In this document: piece by piece, positions 44,930 through 54,633 of the stretch
How the letters are laid out: each line of letters opens with the position of its first letter
Numbering within the stretch: position 1 is the first letter of the stretch
Assembly (NCBI GenBank): GCA_022710585.1
Contig: JAKLGV010000003.1
Location: forward strand, 67,308-131,307
Length of the DNA stretch: 64,000 bases
Direction of reading: 5' to 3'
DNA from: Deltaproteobacteria bacterium
Lineage (GTDB): Bacteria; Desulfobacterota; Syntrophia; Syntrophales; Smithellaceae
Translations under genes and position numbers: made by a program
The notes under the pieces: model-generated
What the model saw: only the letters and a program-made list of their open reading frames with translations
Told to the model about the DNA's origin: nothing
Database searches by the model: none

Positions 44930-46360
44930 TCAATTGAAGCGCAACGGCACGGAAAGAAATTCCGGATGATCGACATCGAAACTCACGGTACTATTCTCGT
45001 TTCCGGGATTTCGATTATTTCTGAAAAACACCTGCAGCACAGAATTGGCGCCGTCATAGACCACGATCTGCTGTGTAATGTGCGTCATGATGCCGGCTTC
45101 GTCACTCAAATCAATATTGGTGCCGTAATAGGTCGCGATTTCCTTCATCTCATCAACGGTTACCCTGTCATCGGAAGACAGGGCAGCAGCCAACCGGTCT
45201 TGGATGGACTGCCAGCGAATCGTGTTCGGCGGGATCATCGTAAAGTTATCATAATTATCTTTCAACAGAAAAGCGTTGACTGCCGCGATGGCGTCCGGAA
45301 ATTCCCATGTCACACCCGCGTTCAGCTCCGATTGGTCATTCCGAAGGGCGCGTCTGCCATTTAAGTCATTTTCCAGCACCTGAACCGTCTCGCGGTCGCC
45401 GATGACCACCAGATGATTATACGTGTATTTTCTGTGAGAAAGGTAATCGGCAACTGCTTTAATGGTGTTGAAGTTTTCCAGAGCATAGCGCAGGTCAAAA
45501 TGATACGCAAAATAGGTATCGGCCGACAAATCAGGATAGGGCTCGCCGGTGGGGGCATCCAACGTCGCCACAAAGATACCATGTTTATTCAAACCAGTGG
45601 AAACGGACAGAGACAGCAGGGAATTGCTGATGTTCACAATTTTTTTCCCGCCTTTTCTGATGTAGAAGACGGCGCCGTGAGGAGCGCCCGACCAGTCCAG
45701 CAGGCGGCCGATAACCGGCCTGCGCGTAGCGGATGCCGCCTGATAAGCGGCGATCACCGAACACTGGCTGGCTCGGTGCACTTCGCCAATCAGGCTGAAA
45801 TAGAACACTTCGTCAACGGACAGTACCCCATCGTTTTTGTCGTTATGGGTTCCGCCATGAAACTTGTCGGCCATTCCGCTGATGAAATCCCGGTACTCTC
45901 TCGGAATCTGATTTTTGATCAACCGGATACGCGCCATTATCGTATCGTATTCGACATCCGACAGGGCGGACAGGTAATTCACAAATCCCATCTCCATGGT
46001 GGGATATTGGGAAACAAGCTTTTCACCGTATAACTGCCCCATGTGATAATCGGTATCCCGATTGTAATTCAGAATAACTTCATAATATCCCTTTTTTTCT
46101 TCACCGATATATCGAACCTCCACAGAGCCTTTATATAGCTTATTGATGATATCGAAAATATTAATGGAACTGATATTTCCGGAGTCATCCTGGCTGTCAT
46201 CTGTGGCATTATTCACGCCTTCCTCTTCCGTAGTTTTCGCATGATTTACGGATGAGCTCTTTTGATCCCCTGAATCTGAACATCCCCAAATAAATAAAAT
46301 TGATAAAATCATCATACCGATTAAGAAAGTCTTATGGCCCCGGCAAAATACATTTTTCAT
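44930..46360 (-). CDS. lipoprotein, possibly Ntn-hydrolase (C45/choloylglycine-hydrolase-like)
   Basis: A lipobox (LFIWGC) follows the signal peptide. An internal QCSVIAAY...GRLLDWSG hints at a Cys-nucleophile hydrolase, but this is weak. Confidence 0.5.
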   Translation of the reverse strand: MKNVFCRGHKTFLIGMMILSILFIWGCSDSGDQKSSSVNHAKTTEEEGVNNATDDSQDDSGNISSINIFDIINKLYKGSVEVRYIGEEKKGYYEVILNYNRDTDYHMGQLYGEKLVSQYPTMEMGFVNYLSALSDVEYDTIMARIRLIKNQIPREYRDFISGMADKFHGGTHNDKNDGVLSVDEVFYFSLIGEVHRASQCSVIAAYQAASATRRPVIGRLLDWSGAPHGAVFYIRKGGKKIVNISNSLLSLSVSTGLNKHGIFVATLDAPTGEPYPDLSADTYFAYHFDLRYALENFNTIKAVADYLSHRKYTYNHLVVIGDRETVQVLENDLNGRRALRNDQSELNAGVTWEFPDAIAAVNAFLLKDNYDNFTMIPPNTIRWQSIQDRLAAALSSDDRVTVDEMKEIATYYGTNIDLSDEAGIMTHITQQIVVYDGANSVLQVFFRNNRNPGNENSTVSFDVDHPEFLSVPLRFN

Positions 46361-46466
46361 GGCGTTCCTCCTCTCCGGTTATGAAATTTTGATATATGAC
46401 TTTTTTACGATTCTAAACGACTGGGGAAAAAATCAATCGATATCGATGGAAATGGTAGCGGAAAAT

Positions 46467-46892
46467 TCAGTGATTGACGTTCCGGTTCTGAAAGGTCTCA
46501 AAGAGATCAACGGGGATATCGATGGCGTTAAGACTCATTAAATGCTGTCTGTAGGAAATGTAGTGATCCAGAGTTTTGAGCACCTCATCCTGTATATGGA
46601 TAAACTCCACGCCGGCTTCATACCATTTATCCTCAAAGACATTTCTGATCCATTTTATTTTTGCCGTGGCGGTTATTTTTTCCTGCAAATGCTTTAGCTT
46701 AAAATCTATTTTCAGCAAGGTATCAACCGGCAGAAACCTGTTGCCCCTGATTTTAGCGCCGGACAGAGAAAGGTCCTCACTGAGGTTATAAAAGGTATTT
46801 TCCTTAGACAGGTTTGTGTCGTCGGAAATTACCGTTGTGGTAATTTCATTAAAATCCTTTAACCTTGCCGACCGCCTTCTTTCTCCCGTCAT
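46467..46892 (-). CDS. PilZ-domain protein
   Basis: ERRRSARL (RxxxR) and DLSLSGAKI (D.S..G) are present at PilZ spacing. It is a paralogue of 54133-54507. Confidence 0.75.
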   Translation of the reverse strand: MTGERRRSARLKDFNEITTTVISDDTNLSKENTFYNLSEDLSLSGAKIRGNRFLPVDTLLKIDFKLKHLQEKITATAKIKWIRNVFEDKWYEAGVEFIHIQDEVLKTLDHYISYRQHLMSLNAIDIPVDLFETFQNRNVNH

Positions 46893-47030
46893 GATGCAAT
46901 GCTTCTTTCAGACGATAAAAATTTTCAAGTCAATGGACAGCCGTTCAAGAACTGAAACAGGATTCCGATGAGAAATGTCCATCATCATTCAGTTGTGGCG
47001 CTCCGAAGAGCGCCACAACTTTGTCAGAGT

Positions 47031-49379
47031 TTAATTTTTATGGGTCATGAGGTAATCACCGATGTTGCCGTCAATCCATTTCCACTGTGTTCCTTCTCCG
47101 GTTTGATTAGCCACTTTGAAATCAAGTTTGGCCTGGTGCGTCTCGTCGATCACAATGGTGTTCTTCGAGGGACGCAGAATGGGGAACAGGTGCGGAAAAT
47201 CGGAAGCGGAGATGCTCAGGCGAACCCGATGCCCTTTCTTGAAGACATTGGTTGCCGGCCAGATTTCGATGACATACTGATATAACGTGTCATCAGCAAT
47301 CGGGCTGGGATTCTTTTCCGCCTTGAAATAGAAGGGATCGAAAGCTTTGTAGGCCGGATCAACCTGGGTCGGATTGGCCGGATTGTAAGGTCGAAACATG
47401 GCGCCAAGCCAGCCGGAGGTAATATTTCTTGCCCGTCCGTTGGGGAACACATCGTTGACTTCAACCACCCACTGGACATCTTTCCTGTCGGCGAATCGTA
47501 AAATCATGTCTTTATCATCACCGATGTTGAATTTTTCCTTGATCTGGTCAACAAACGAATCAATACCGGCCTGGGTTAACGGACTGGTGAATTTGGTTTT
47601 TGCCCAGAAGGTAAGCTTCAGCGGGCCGGAAATCTCCATGTCGTTGGCCAGAGGCTCTGTTGTAAAGGTCAGAACACCTGTTTCATCGTTTCGTTCATCT
47701 TCCCAGGGAAGCTGCGCATCCATATTAATACCCAGCGTGTACTTGGATATCTGGCTAACCATCGTCAGAGGAGAGAAGCCGAGCCACCGTTGGGTGGATC
47801 TGGACGGAAGGCCATGAAGCGCCGTCGGACTGTGATAGAGATCAGGATTGGATTTAGCCGTTTTCTTACCCCAAATGTTCACATTGTAATAATCGGTTGT
47901 CTTTATACTGGGAACCAGCTTGTAGTTATCATCGGCATTAACAACACCGAACCAGTCGCCGAAAATGAGAGACGGCCTGGCTTTGGAAAGATAATAGGTT
48001 TTCGGCTCCAGCCGGGAAGCGGCCAGCGGCCAGGTTTTTTCCGCCCGCCATTTTTCCTCTCCCAGAACGTAAAGCTGTACCGGGAACTGCTGCATGAAGG
48101 GATCGTTTTTCCCCTTGAGTCTCCAATCCATCCAGCGCACGAGAATGTCCCAGGTGAAGAGTCCGTTTCCGTTTTTGCCGACGAGACCCATGCCGTTAAC
48201 GCCCGTCATCATGAAGGCCGCGTCGATGTGATACCATGGTCCGACAATCATGGACTTGTTTGTGGCAGCATGGTTTTTCAGGCCGTATTCATATTGCAGT
48301 AAATCACCGCGTTCAAAAATATCGAACCAGCCGGTGGCGTTGAAGACGGGAAGGTTTTTAGGAATGACGTTGCCGCCGACTTCCGCAGGGAATTCGGGAC
48401 CGAGATTCCATCCGCCTGCCGGTTTATCAGGCCAGTAAAGCATCGGAGACCGCTTGTCAAACCAGGGATTTCTCTTTTCCATGGTCGAATCTGTAAGCCA
48501 ATTCAGGGGGACACTCAATTGATTAAAATGCTGCCCCCAGATAGCTAAAGCATTCATAAAGTCGGTTTTATTGAAACCAGGTTCCGTTACTCCACCGAGA
48601 ATCAGATCGGGAGGAAAAACGCTGATCATATCCGTTAAGACGATCCAGATCGCCATAAATTCCAGATCGAAATTGCCGCCGTGCATAACGATATCTTTAT
48701 AAACGTCATTGTAGGAGGATATCGGCGCGATCGCTTTGAGATGGGTCGGAGTGCCGTTAACCTGCTCTACCAGACCGGCAGCAAGGTACTGAATAATGCC
48801 CATATAGGAACCGCCGACCATGCCGACTTTGCCGTCGGACCAGGGCTGCGCGGGAATCCATTTGTCAATCAGATAAGCAACATCATAAGCTTCGATCGGA
48901 TCGAGCGGACTCCAGACCCCCTCCCCGGAGCCGGTGCCTCTCATATCCATCAAGACGACATTGTAATCTTTGGGAACGAAGCCAATGACGGCAAACATCA
49001 GACCGATTATGTCCCGGTGATAACCTGTGGCCACAACAATCGTCGGGCGTTTGGCTTCGCCGCCATTGTAGGGAGAGGTGTGATAAAAAGCCGACGCATA
49101 AATATTGCAGTCATAGCCGGCGGGATTTTCGGCTTTTGTCATGGGAATGGCAATGTTGAAATCGACCTTGACATCATCCACACCCAGCTTCACAAGGGCT
49201 TCCTGCACCTGAGTCTTCAGGGTGTCATCCCAGACAACCGCCTTTGCCGAACCGGCAGTTACAAAAAAGACACTTAACGACAGAAACAATAAAAGTGCGC
49301 TTCTTAAAATGTGCACACGCATCCTGAATCTGCCACTCCGTCCTGACAAATCATACCTCTTCACGTCGCAACCCTTCAT
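47031..49379 (-). CDS. secreted CocE/NonD-family (S15 X-Pro dipeptidyl-peptidase-like) hydrolase
   Basis: It has a signal peptide, the nucleophile elbow GGSYMG, and a large C-terminal beta domain. It is 782 aa. Confidence 0.75.
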   Translation of the reverse strand: MKGCDVKRYDLSGRSGRFRMRVHILRSALLLFLSLSVFFVTAGSAKAVVWDDTLKTQVQEALVKLGVDDVKVDFNIAIPMTKAENPAGYDCNIYASAFYHTSPYNGGEAKRPTIVVATGYHRDIIGLMFAVIGFVPKDYNVVLMDMRGTGSGEGVWSPLDPIEAYDVAYLIDKWIPAQPWSDGKVGMVGGSYMGIIQYLAAGLVEQVNGTPTHLKAIAPISSYNDVYKDIVMHGGNFDLEFMAIWIVLTDMISVFPPDLILGGVTEPGFNKTDFMNALAIWGQHFNQLSVPLNWLTDSTMEKRNPWFDKRSPMLYWPDKPAGGWNLGPEFPAEVGGNVIPKNLPVFNATGWFDIFERGDLLQYEYGLKNHAATNKSMIVGPWYHIDAAFMMTGVNGMGLVGKNGNGLFTWDILVRWMDWRLKGKNDPFMQQFPVQLYVLGEEKWRAEKTWPLAASRLEPKTYYLSKARPSLIFGDWFGVVNADDNYKLVPSIKTTDYYNVNIWGKKTAKSNPDLYHSPTALHGLPSRSTQRWLGFSPLTMVSQISKYTLGINMDAQLPWEDERNDETGVLTFTTEPLANDMEISGPLKLTFWAKTKFTSPLTQAGIDSFVDQIKEKFNIGDDKDMILRFADRKDVQWVVEVNDVFPNGRARNITSGWLGAMFRPYNPANPTQVDPAYKAFDPFYFKAEKNPSPIADDTLYQYVIEIWPATNVFKKGHRVRLSISASDFPHLFPILRPSKNTIVIDETHQAKLDFKVANQTGEGTQWKWIDGNIGDYLMTHKN

Positions 49380-49429
49380 GAACCCTCCTTTATTTTTAAA
49401 TAACAGGAATTTTGCTGCTTGATCAAAAT

Positions 49430-49456
49430 GGTGTGGCGCTCTGCGAACGCCACACC
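49430..49456 (-). terminator. GC-rich hairpin between the two hydrolase genes (possible terminator/attenuator)
   Basis: GGTGTGGCG-N9-CGCCACACC forms a 9-bp perfect stem. The flank is T-rich on the plus strand and reads ATTTT on the minus strand. Confidence 0.4.
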
Positions 49457-49494
49457 ATGGTTGTTTGTTTTTTTAATACATCAGCACGTCAATG

Positions 49495-51039
49495 CTATTC
49501 ATCAATTCGCGTTGCCGGTGTGGTGGTGTTAGCCGGATTGGCCGGTAAGGCGTCGACCGATTTCAACCAATCGCCCAGCTGCGGGAAGACCGTTGTCGGC
49601 ATTCTGTTTCCCATCGCCAGATCGAAATGGCCGGTGCCGCTGAGGACATACCATTTGTCGTAAGCTGTGGCAGACTTTTTCGATATGATGAAGTCGAAAG
49701 TCGCCTCCGGGTCCACCAGAGAGCCCGCGCTCGATGAGAAAACGATCAACGGGACGGTCATGCGCGACATATTTTCGCTGAAGTAGTAATACTTGTCATT
49801 GCCGGGATCAGGTGTGGAACCCCCTGCAATCAGTTTGGACAAATAGTTTTCTGATCCGTTTAAATAATGTTCACGAAGGGTTTTGTGCAGCCCCATGTCC
49901 ATATAGTGACCGAAACCGCGTAAAGAAGCGCCGCCAATACTGTATCGTACAGTCCAATCCTCCAGACAGGGATCCATATCCTCTACCACCCAGAAGTTCA
50001 GATAGTCGAAGAAGTCGCTCACCTTGGAATCTCCTGCGGCTGCCTTGTTGATCATTCCAAATACACCTTCCAGCAAACCGACCAGCGGTTTTTGCGGAAA
50101 CAACGAAATTAAATTATCTGAAATGGTATCCAGCGGCAGATATAATCTGGCCCCGACAAGCGTCCAAAAGAAGGTTGAATCCAGAAGATCCGGCAGTGCC
50201 GGCACGCCGGCGGGGTCAAGACCGATAAAGCCCTTGATGTCCGCGTTCCTGTTTTTGGCAAGTGCGGCGCTGCCTTTGACGTGCGGCATTTTGCCCATCG
50301 CATAGTTTAACTGATAATAGGATTTCTTGGCCCATGCCGTATTAATACTGCCGTAATCCAAATACGCGCCCTGCAGGTAGTCATAGGAAGCCAAACCGCC
50401 TGTGCTGTGTCCGCCGATGAACATCTTTTTGCCTGTAACCGCTTTTACCTTGGCAATTGCCGCGGGGGCATCCAGTGTGGCCCAGGTATCCAGTGTCGTC
50501 ATGCCGTTGGGGTTGGCTGCCGTGCTTTTGACGTCGCCACGACCTGTGCCCCGGTAATTCACAAACCAGGGATCAAAACCCTGGAGCCAGAGATAATGTG
50601 CCAGGCTGTAATAACGCATTTTGTCGGCCTTGATGTAAGGTTCATAGTCTGTCTTTGTCGAATTTAACGCCCAGTCAGGCGCGTCGGCAACGCTAGGGAG
50701 GTAAACACCGCTATAAGCATCCTTCATTTCGGGCGTGGTCACGGAAAGATACTGGTTCATGTTCATGCAAATGCCTGTAAAGATCACAATCGGTGTGCCG
50801 CTGGTACGGAATTTTGGCGTTCCCGTCGTGTATGGCGCGTAGCGATACAAAAAGATCTTGCTGCCGTCATCAGCCGTTGTGTTGTAGATGCCGCTGGGAT
50901 TCAACGGAACGCCTGCCGCCTGGCTGACTCCCGGTGCCATCGCCATTCCCATCAGTGCAATCATCAGGATCATCATGTTCCGGTAAAAATGCGATTTAAG
51001 ACTTGGGCGTTTGCTCGAAAAGAAAGCCACTTTTTTCAT
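49495..51039 (-). CDS. secreted alpha/beta-hydrolase (lipase/esterase-like)
   Basis: It has a signal peptide and the GXSXG nucleophile elbow GGHSTGG. It is 514 aa. Confidence 0.7.
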   Translation of the reverse strand: MKKVAFFSSKRPSLKSHFYRNMMILMIALMGMAMAPGVSQAAGVPLNPSGIYNTTADDGSKIFLYRYAPYTTGTPKFRTSGTPIVIFTGICMNMNQYLSVTTPEMKDAYSGVYLPSVADAPDWALNSTKTDYEPYIKADKMRYYSLAHYLWLQGFDPWFVNYRGTGRGDVKSTAANPNGMTTLDTWATLDAPAAIAKVKAVTGKKMFIGGHSTGGLASYDYLQGAYLDYGSINTAWAKKSYYQLNYAMGKMPHVKGSAALAKNRNADIKGFIGLDPAGVPALPDLLDSTFFWTLVGARLYLPLDTISDNLISLFPQKPLVGLLEGVFGMINKAAAGDSKVSDFFDYLNFWVVEDMDPCLEDWTVRYSIGGASLRGFGHYMDMGLHKTLREHYLNGSENYLSKLIAGGSTPDPGNDKYYYFSENMSRMTVPLIVFSSSAGSLVDPEATFDFIISKKSATAYDKWYVLSGTGHFDLAMGNRMPTTVFPQLGDWLKSVDALPANPANTTTPATRIDE

Positions 51040-51090
51040 TCCTGTCCCTCCATAGAAATTTTATTTGAGTGTTAATTCCCATGTTGAAAA

Positions 51091-51105
51091 GCATTAAGTA
51101 TGCCA
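51091..51105 (-). promoter_or_regulatory. putative sigma-54 (-24/-12) promoter of the alpha/beta-hydrolase gene
   Basis: The minus strand reads CTGGCATACTTAATGCT, giving GG-N10-GC spacing. It is close to the TGGCAC-N5-TTGCW consensus and lies about 50 nt upstream of the ATG at 51039. It sits directly downstream of a sigma-54 activator gene. Confidence 0.5.
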
Positions 51106-51295
51106 GTATTCAAAAATGACTAATATTTGATATAAGTACTTAAAATAATTGTTAATTGTATTATTGAAATTCGATAAATAAGAATGCTTAACTGGGGCAA
51201 TCAAACCCCAATTATTGTGGTATAGTTTACAATATTTATTTATTATTAAATACTTACAAGATGGGAAAGAGATACCCTATTTTGGGGTATTTATT

Positions 51296-54001
51296 TCACA
51301 ACAGCTTCCGGGTCAAACCGAATTTTTGCATTTTCAGAAACAGTGTTTTGCGGTTTATGCCCAGAGCCGAAGCCGTCTGACCGCGATGCCAGTTATTTTC
51401 CGACAGAGCTTTCAGGATGTGCTCCCTTTCAATCGATTTCAGGCTATTTTCCAAACTCCTGTCATCGCCGCCTGCCGCAAACTGATCCGGACTTTCATCG
51501 CCGTCACCCGCAGCAGTAATCGAACCGGAATCGTCGACTTTCGCCGACAACTTTTCATAAGGTTCTTTCACCAACTGGGGGACTCCGGCAAAATCCAGTC
51601 TCTTGAGTGTCAGGTAGCGGTACAGGACACTTTGCAGTTCCCGGATATTTCCCGGCCAGTCATAGTTCAGCAGAGCCTCCAAAATATGTCCGGGCAGCGG
51701 GGCATGATTTTTATCGAACAAATCAAGGAAATGATCGACGAGCAGCGGCAGATCTTCCTTCCGGGCCCGCAAAGGCGGGAGATAAATGGGCAGGATGTGA
51801 ATCCGGTAGAAGAAGTCCTCCCGCATCATTCCACGCCGGACCAGTTCCCGCAGGTTGCGGTTTGTCGCCGCGACGATCCGGACATCCGCGTTCTTGATGG
51901 TGTTGCCGCCCACCGGCGTGTATCCGTCGCCCGCGATGGCCCGGAGAAGCTTCACCTGCATGTTCATCCCGATTTCACCGACTTCATCGAGAAAAAGCGT
52001 TCCGCTGTCCGCTTCATCCAGATAGCCGCGTCTATCGACATTCGCCCCGGTAAAAGCGCCTTTTTTATAGCCGAAGAACTCGCTTTCCATAAGTGTTTCC
52101 GGGATGGCGCCGCAGTTAACGGTCACAAAGCCCCTCTGGCTTCTGTCGCTTGTTTCGTGGATGGCCTTGGCCACCAGTTCCTTGCCTGTACCCGACTCTC
52201 CGTAAATAATGACATTCGCCTGCGTCTCGGCCGCCTGGAGGATAAATTCGTAAACGTCCTGCATGGCCTGGCTTTTGCCGATGATGTCACAAAACCGGTA
52301 GCGCTCCCGGATGGACGAACGCAAACGGATGTTTTCCTTCTGCAGGTATTCCTGGTTTTCCAGCAGCGCCTGTTCCGCTTCTTTGCGCGCCGTAATATCC
52401 GTAAAGGAAGCGATAAACTGGTTGGCGCCGGGAATATGCCCCAGCCGGATGAGAACATCAAATTTTCTGCCGTCTCTGTGGGCAATCTGACATTCGTACT
52501 CCACCGGTTTGTCGTCTTTACGCCGGGAAAAACACTGCATAAGCGCGCCGCGATCCCCGACCGCAATGAAATCCGCGAATTTCATCAAACCTTCCATCTC
52601 GTCCTTCGCGTAGCCCGACATCTCTACAAACCGGTCATTCACCATGAAAATCAGCAGGGAATCCTCCATGATGACCATCGGGAGTCCGGCGTTTTCAAAT
52701 ACGCTGCGGTAGCGCCCCTCACCTTTTTTCAGAGCTTCTTCCATCTGTTTCCGTTCGGTGATCTCTCTGCCCTGCCCCAGAATGGCTACCGCCTTCCCGT
52801 TCTCATCGCGGATAAAGCTGCAAACAACTTCTTCCCACACGGTCCGGCCGTCTTTGCAGCGCATTTCAAGCTCTACCGAACGTTCTAAAATATTATCCAG
52901 AGAATCCATCGTGATCGGCGTAACCTGCGTGACCAGATCCATGATTCGCGCCAGGGTTTCCGGCAGAAGCACCTTATCCCAGGCCAGGTGATTCAACTCT
53001 TCGAGCGTATATCCCCACAATTTCTCCACGGAAGGACTGGCATAGAATATTTTGAAATTCAGATCCATCAGCCAGATCTGATCCTTGGTATGGTCAGCCA
53101 GCAGACGGTACTTGGCTTCGCTTTCCTTGAGCTCTCTTTCCGACTCTTTGCGCCGGGTAATATCGCGGAGGTTGATCAATCCGCCTTCGATCAGCTTATC
53201 GTGTACGATGTTGGTCGCCGTCACTTCAAAGGTGCGCCAGTTGCCCTCCCGATCCCGCAGCCGCAATTCCGTGTGCAGTCTGTCGGCGCTTCGATCCTTT
53301 GCCAGCGTCAGCGCTGCGTCCGTAATGCACTTCAGGTCCTCCGTGTGGATCAGATCAAACAGACTGGCGCCGATCCGGTCGTCCACGTTGAATCCCAATA
53401 TCTTCTCAATCGCGGGATTTTCATAAGTGATCATTCCCTTGCGGTTGACAAGAACAATCATGTCCGAAGATTGCTCGGCCAGGGTCCGGAAAAGATGCTC
53501 CTCGTTGCGCAATTTTTCTTCGATCTTCTTGCGCTCGGTAACATCGCGGATGATGCCCCGGAATCCCACCGGTTTGCCGGATGCCTCTTTGATGAGCGAG
53601 GCTGAGGCTTCCACGTAGCGGATGGCGCCGTCTTTTCTGATCATCTTCCAGTCAAAGGCTTTGGCGGGGGTTCCCGTCGTGTAAACTTTGTTAAACATCT
53701 GGAAAACGTCCCTGGCGGTCTCCTCATTCAGAAATTGCCGGTGATTCGTCCCCATCAGTTCCTCACGGGAACATCCGCCCAGCTGGCACAGAGAATTGTT
53801 GAAAAATGTGAAGTTTCCTTCCAGATCCACTTCGTAATAACTGTCTTCAATGTTATCAAGAATCGTCTGATATTTCTCTTCAATTTCACGGCCCGTTTTC
53901 GGCGATGCAAGGCACCGACGGCCAACATGTCGCAGCGCGGTTTTCTTTTCAGATATCCCGGGACTTTTATTTTTTTTCATCGTTTTTTTCCTGATGGACA
54001 T
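51296..54001 (-). CDS. sigma-54-dependent transcriptional activator with multiple N-terminal PAS domains
   Basis: The AAA+ core shows GESGTGKELVA, GAFTGA and ESEFFGY. A C-terminal Fis-type HTH is present (ALGINRKTLFLKMQKFG). Confidence 0.9.
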   Translation of the reverse strand: MSIRKKTMKKNKSPGISEKKTALRHVGRRCLASPKTGREIEEKYQTILDNIEDSYYEVDLEGNFTFFNNSLCQLGGCSREELMGTNHRQFLNEETARDVFQMFNKVYTTGTPAKAFDWKMIRKDGAIRYVEASASLIKEASGKPVGFRGIIRDVTERKKIEEKLRNEEHLFRTLAEQSSDMIVLVNRKGMITYENPAIEKILGFNVDDRIGASLFDLIHTEDLKCITDAALTLAKDRSADRLHTELRLRDREGNWRTFEVTATNIVHDKLIEGGLINLRDITRRKESERELKESEAKYRLLADHTKDQIWLMDLNFKIFYASPSVEKLWGYTLEELNHLAWDKVLLPETLARIMDLVTQVTPITMDSLDNILERSVELEMRCKDGRTVWEEVVCSFIRDENGKAVAILGQGREITERKQMEEALKKGEGRYRSVFENAGLPMVIMEDSLLIFMVNDRFVEMSGYAKDEMEGLMKFADFIAVGDRGALMQCFSRRKDDKPVEYECQIAHRDGRKFDVLIRLGHIPGANQFIASFTDITARKEAEQALLENQEYLQKENIRLRSSIRERYRFCDIIGKSQAMQDVYEFILQAAETQANVIIYGESGTGKELVAKAIHETSDRSQRGFVTVNCGAIPETLMESEFFGYKKGAFTGANVDRRGYLDEADSGTLFLDEVGEIGMNMQVKLLRAIAGDGYTPVGGNTIKNADVRIVAATNRNLRELVRRGMMREDFFYRIHILPIYLPPLRARKEDLPLLVDHFLDLFDKNHAPLPGHILEALLNYDWPGNIRELQSVLYRYLTLKRLDFAGVPQLVKEPYEKLSAKVDDSGSITAAGDGDESPDQFAAGGDDRSLENSLKSIEREHILKALSENNWHRGQTASALGINRKTLFLKMQKFGLTRKLL

Positions 54002-54132
54002 TCACCGTCACAGCCCCCGATAAACCCGGATGGACATCAGCGCGATATTGGCGTGATGGAATAAACGGATATTGCACATATTCCATAGAAGCCCCTCCGT
54101 GATGATTTCCTGCTGTTCGCCCCCTTGAGAAT

Positions 54133-54507
54133 TTACAATGGATCATCGAAGGGCTTCAGATGGAGGCGTTTCTGTCTCCATAAGATGTAATCTTCAAGCT
54201 TCTTGACGGCTTCTCCCGGCTTTTTGACGAATTCCACACCGACCTCATAAGAAGCGTCTTCAATGATCACTTTAATCCATTTCACTTTTCCCAGAGCGGT
54301 GATTTTTTCCTGCACGGTTTTGGAGGTAAAATCTATTTCCAGAAGGGTGTCGACGGGAAACATTTCACGGGAATGAATTCTGGCGCCATAAGCAGAAATA
54401 TCTTTGCTGCTTTCATAAACAACTTTCCGATTTTTCCCCTCCGACTTCACGGTGATGGTCACATCGCTTGTTTCCTGCAGTCTCGGCGCTTTTCTTCTTT
54501 CGCTCAT
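54133..54507 (-). CDS. PilZ-domain protein
   Basis: ERRKAPRL and DISAYGARI are present. It shares the C-terminal WIK..IED..YE.GVEF block with 46467-46892. Confidence 0.75.
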   Translation of the reverse strand: MSERRKAPRLQETSDVTITVKSEGKNRKVVYESSKDISAYGARIHSREMFPVDTLLEIDFTSKTVQEKITALGKVKWIKVIIEDASYEVGVEFVKKPGEAVKKLEDYILWRQKRLHLKPFDDPL

Positions 54508-54633
54508 GATCCCTCCCGGAACGCATATCGCGCCTGCTCATCGATGCGGTCATTTATCGACCATGACTGATGATGGCTATCGTCTGAAACCACGCTATCA
54601 TCGCTGCAGCGCGGATGATTCATTGAACATTGT

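Noticed and set aside
45413-46033. Plus-strand ORFs inside the lipoprotein and hydrolase genes (44966-45364, 45413-46033, 47790-48302, 48681-49277, 50407-50667)
   Set aside because: All are antisense to longer minus-strand genes that have signal peptides and catalytic motifs. They are typical GC-rich shadow ORFs.
51215-52888. A 557-aa plus-strand ORF (and 52988-53605) overlapping the sigma-54 activator gene
   Set aside because: The minus-strand frame carries complete PAS, AAA+ (GAFTGA) and Fis-HTH domains. The plus-strand product has no motifs and an odd composition. It is an antisense shadow ORF.
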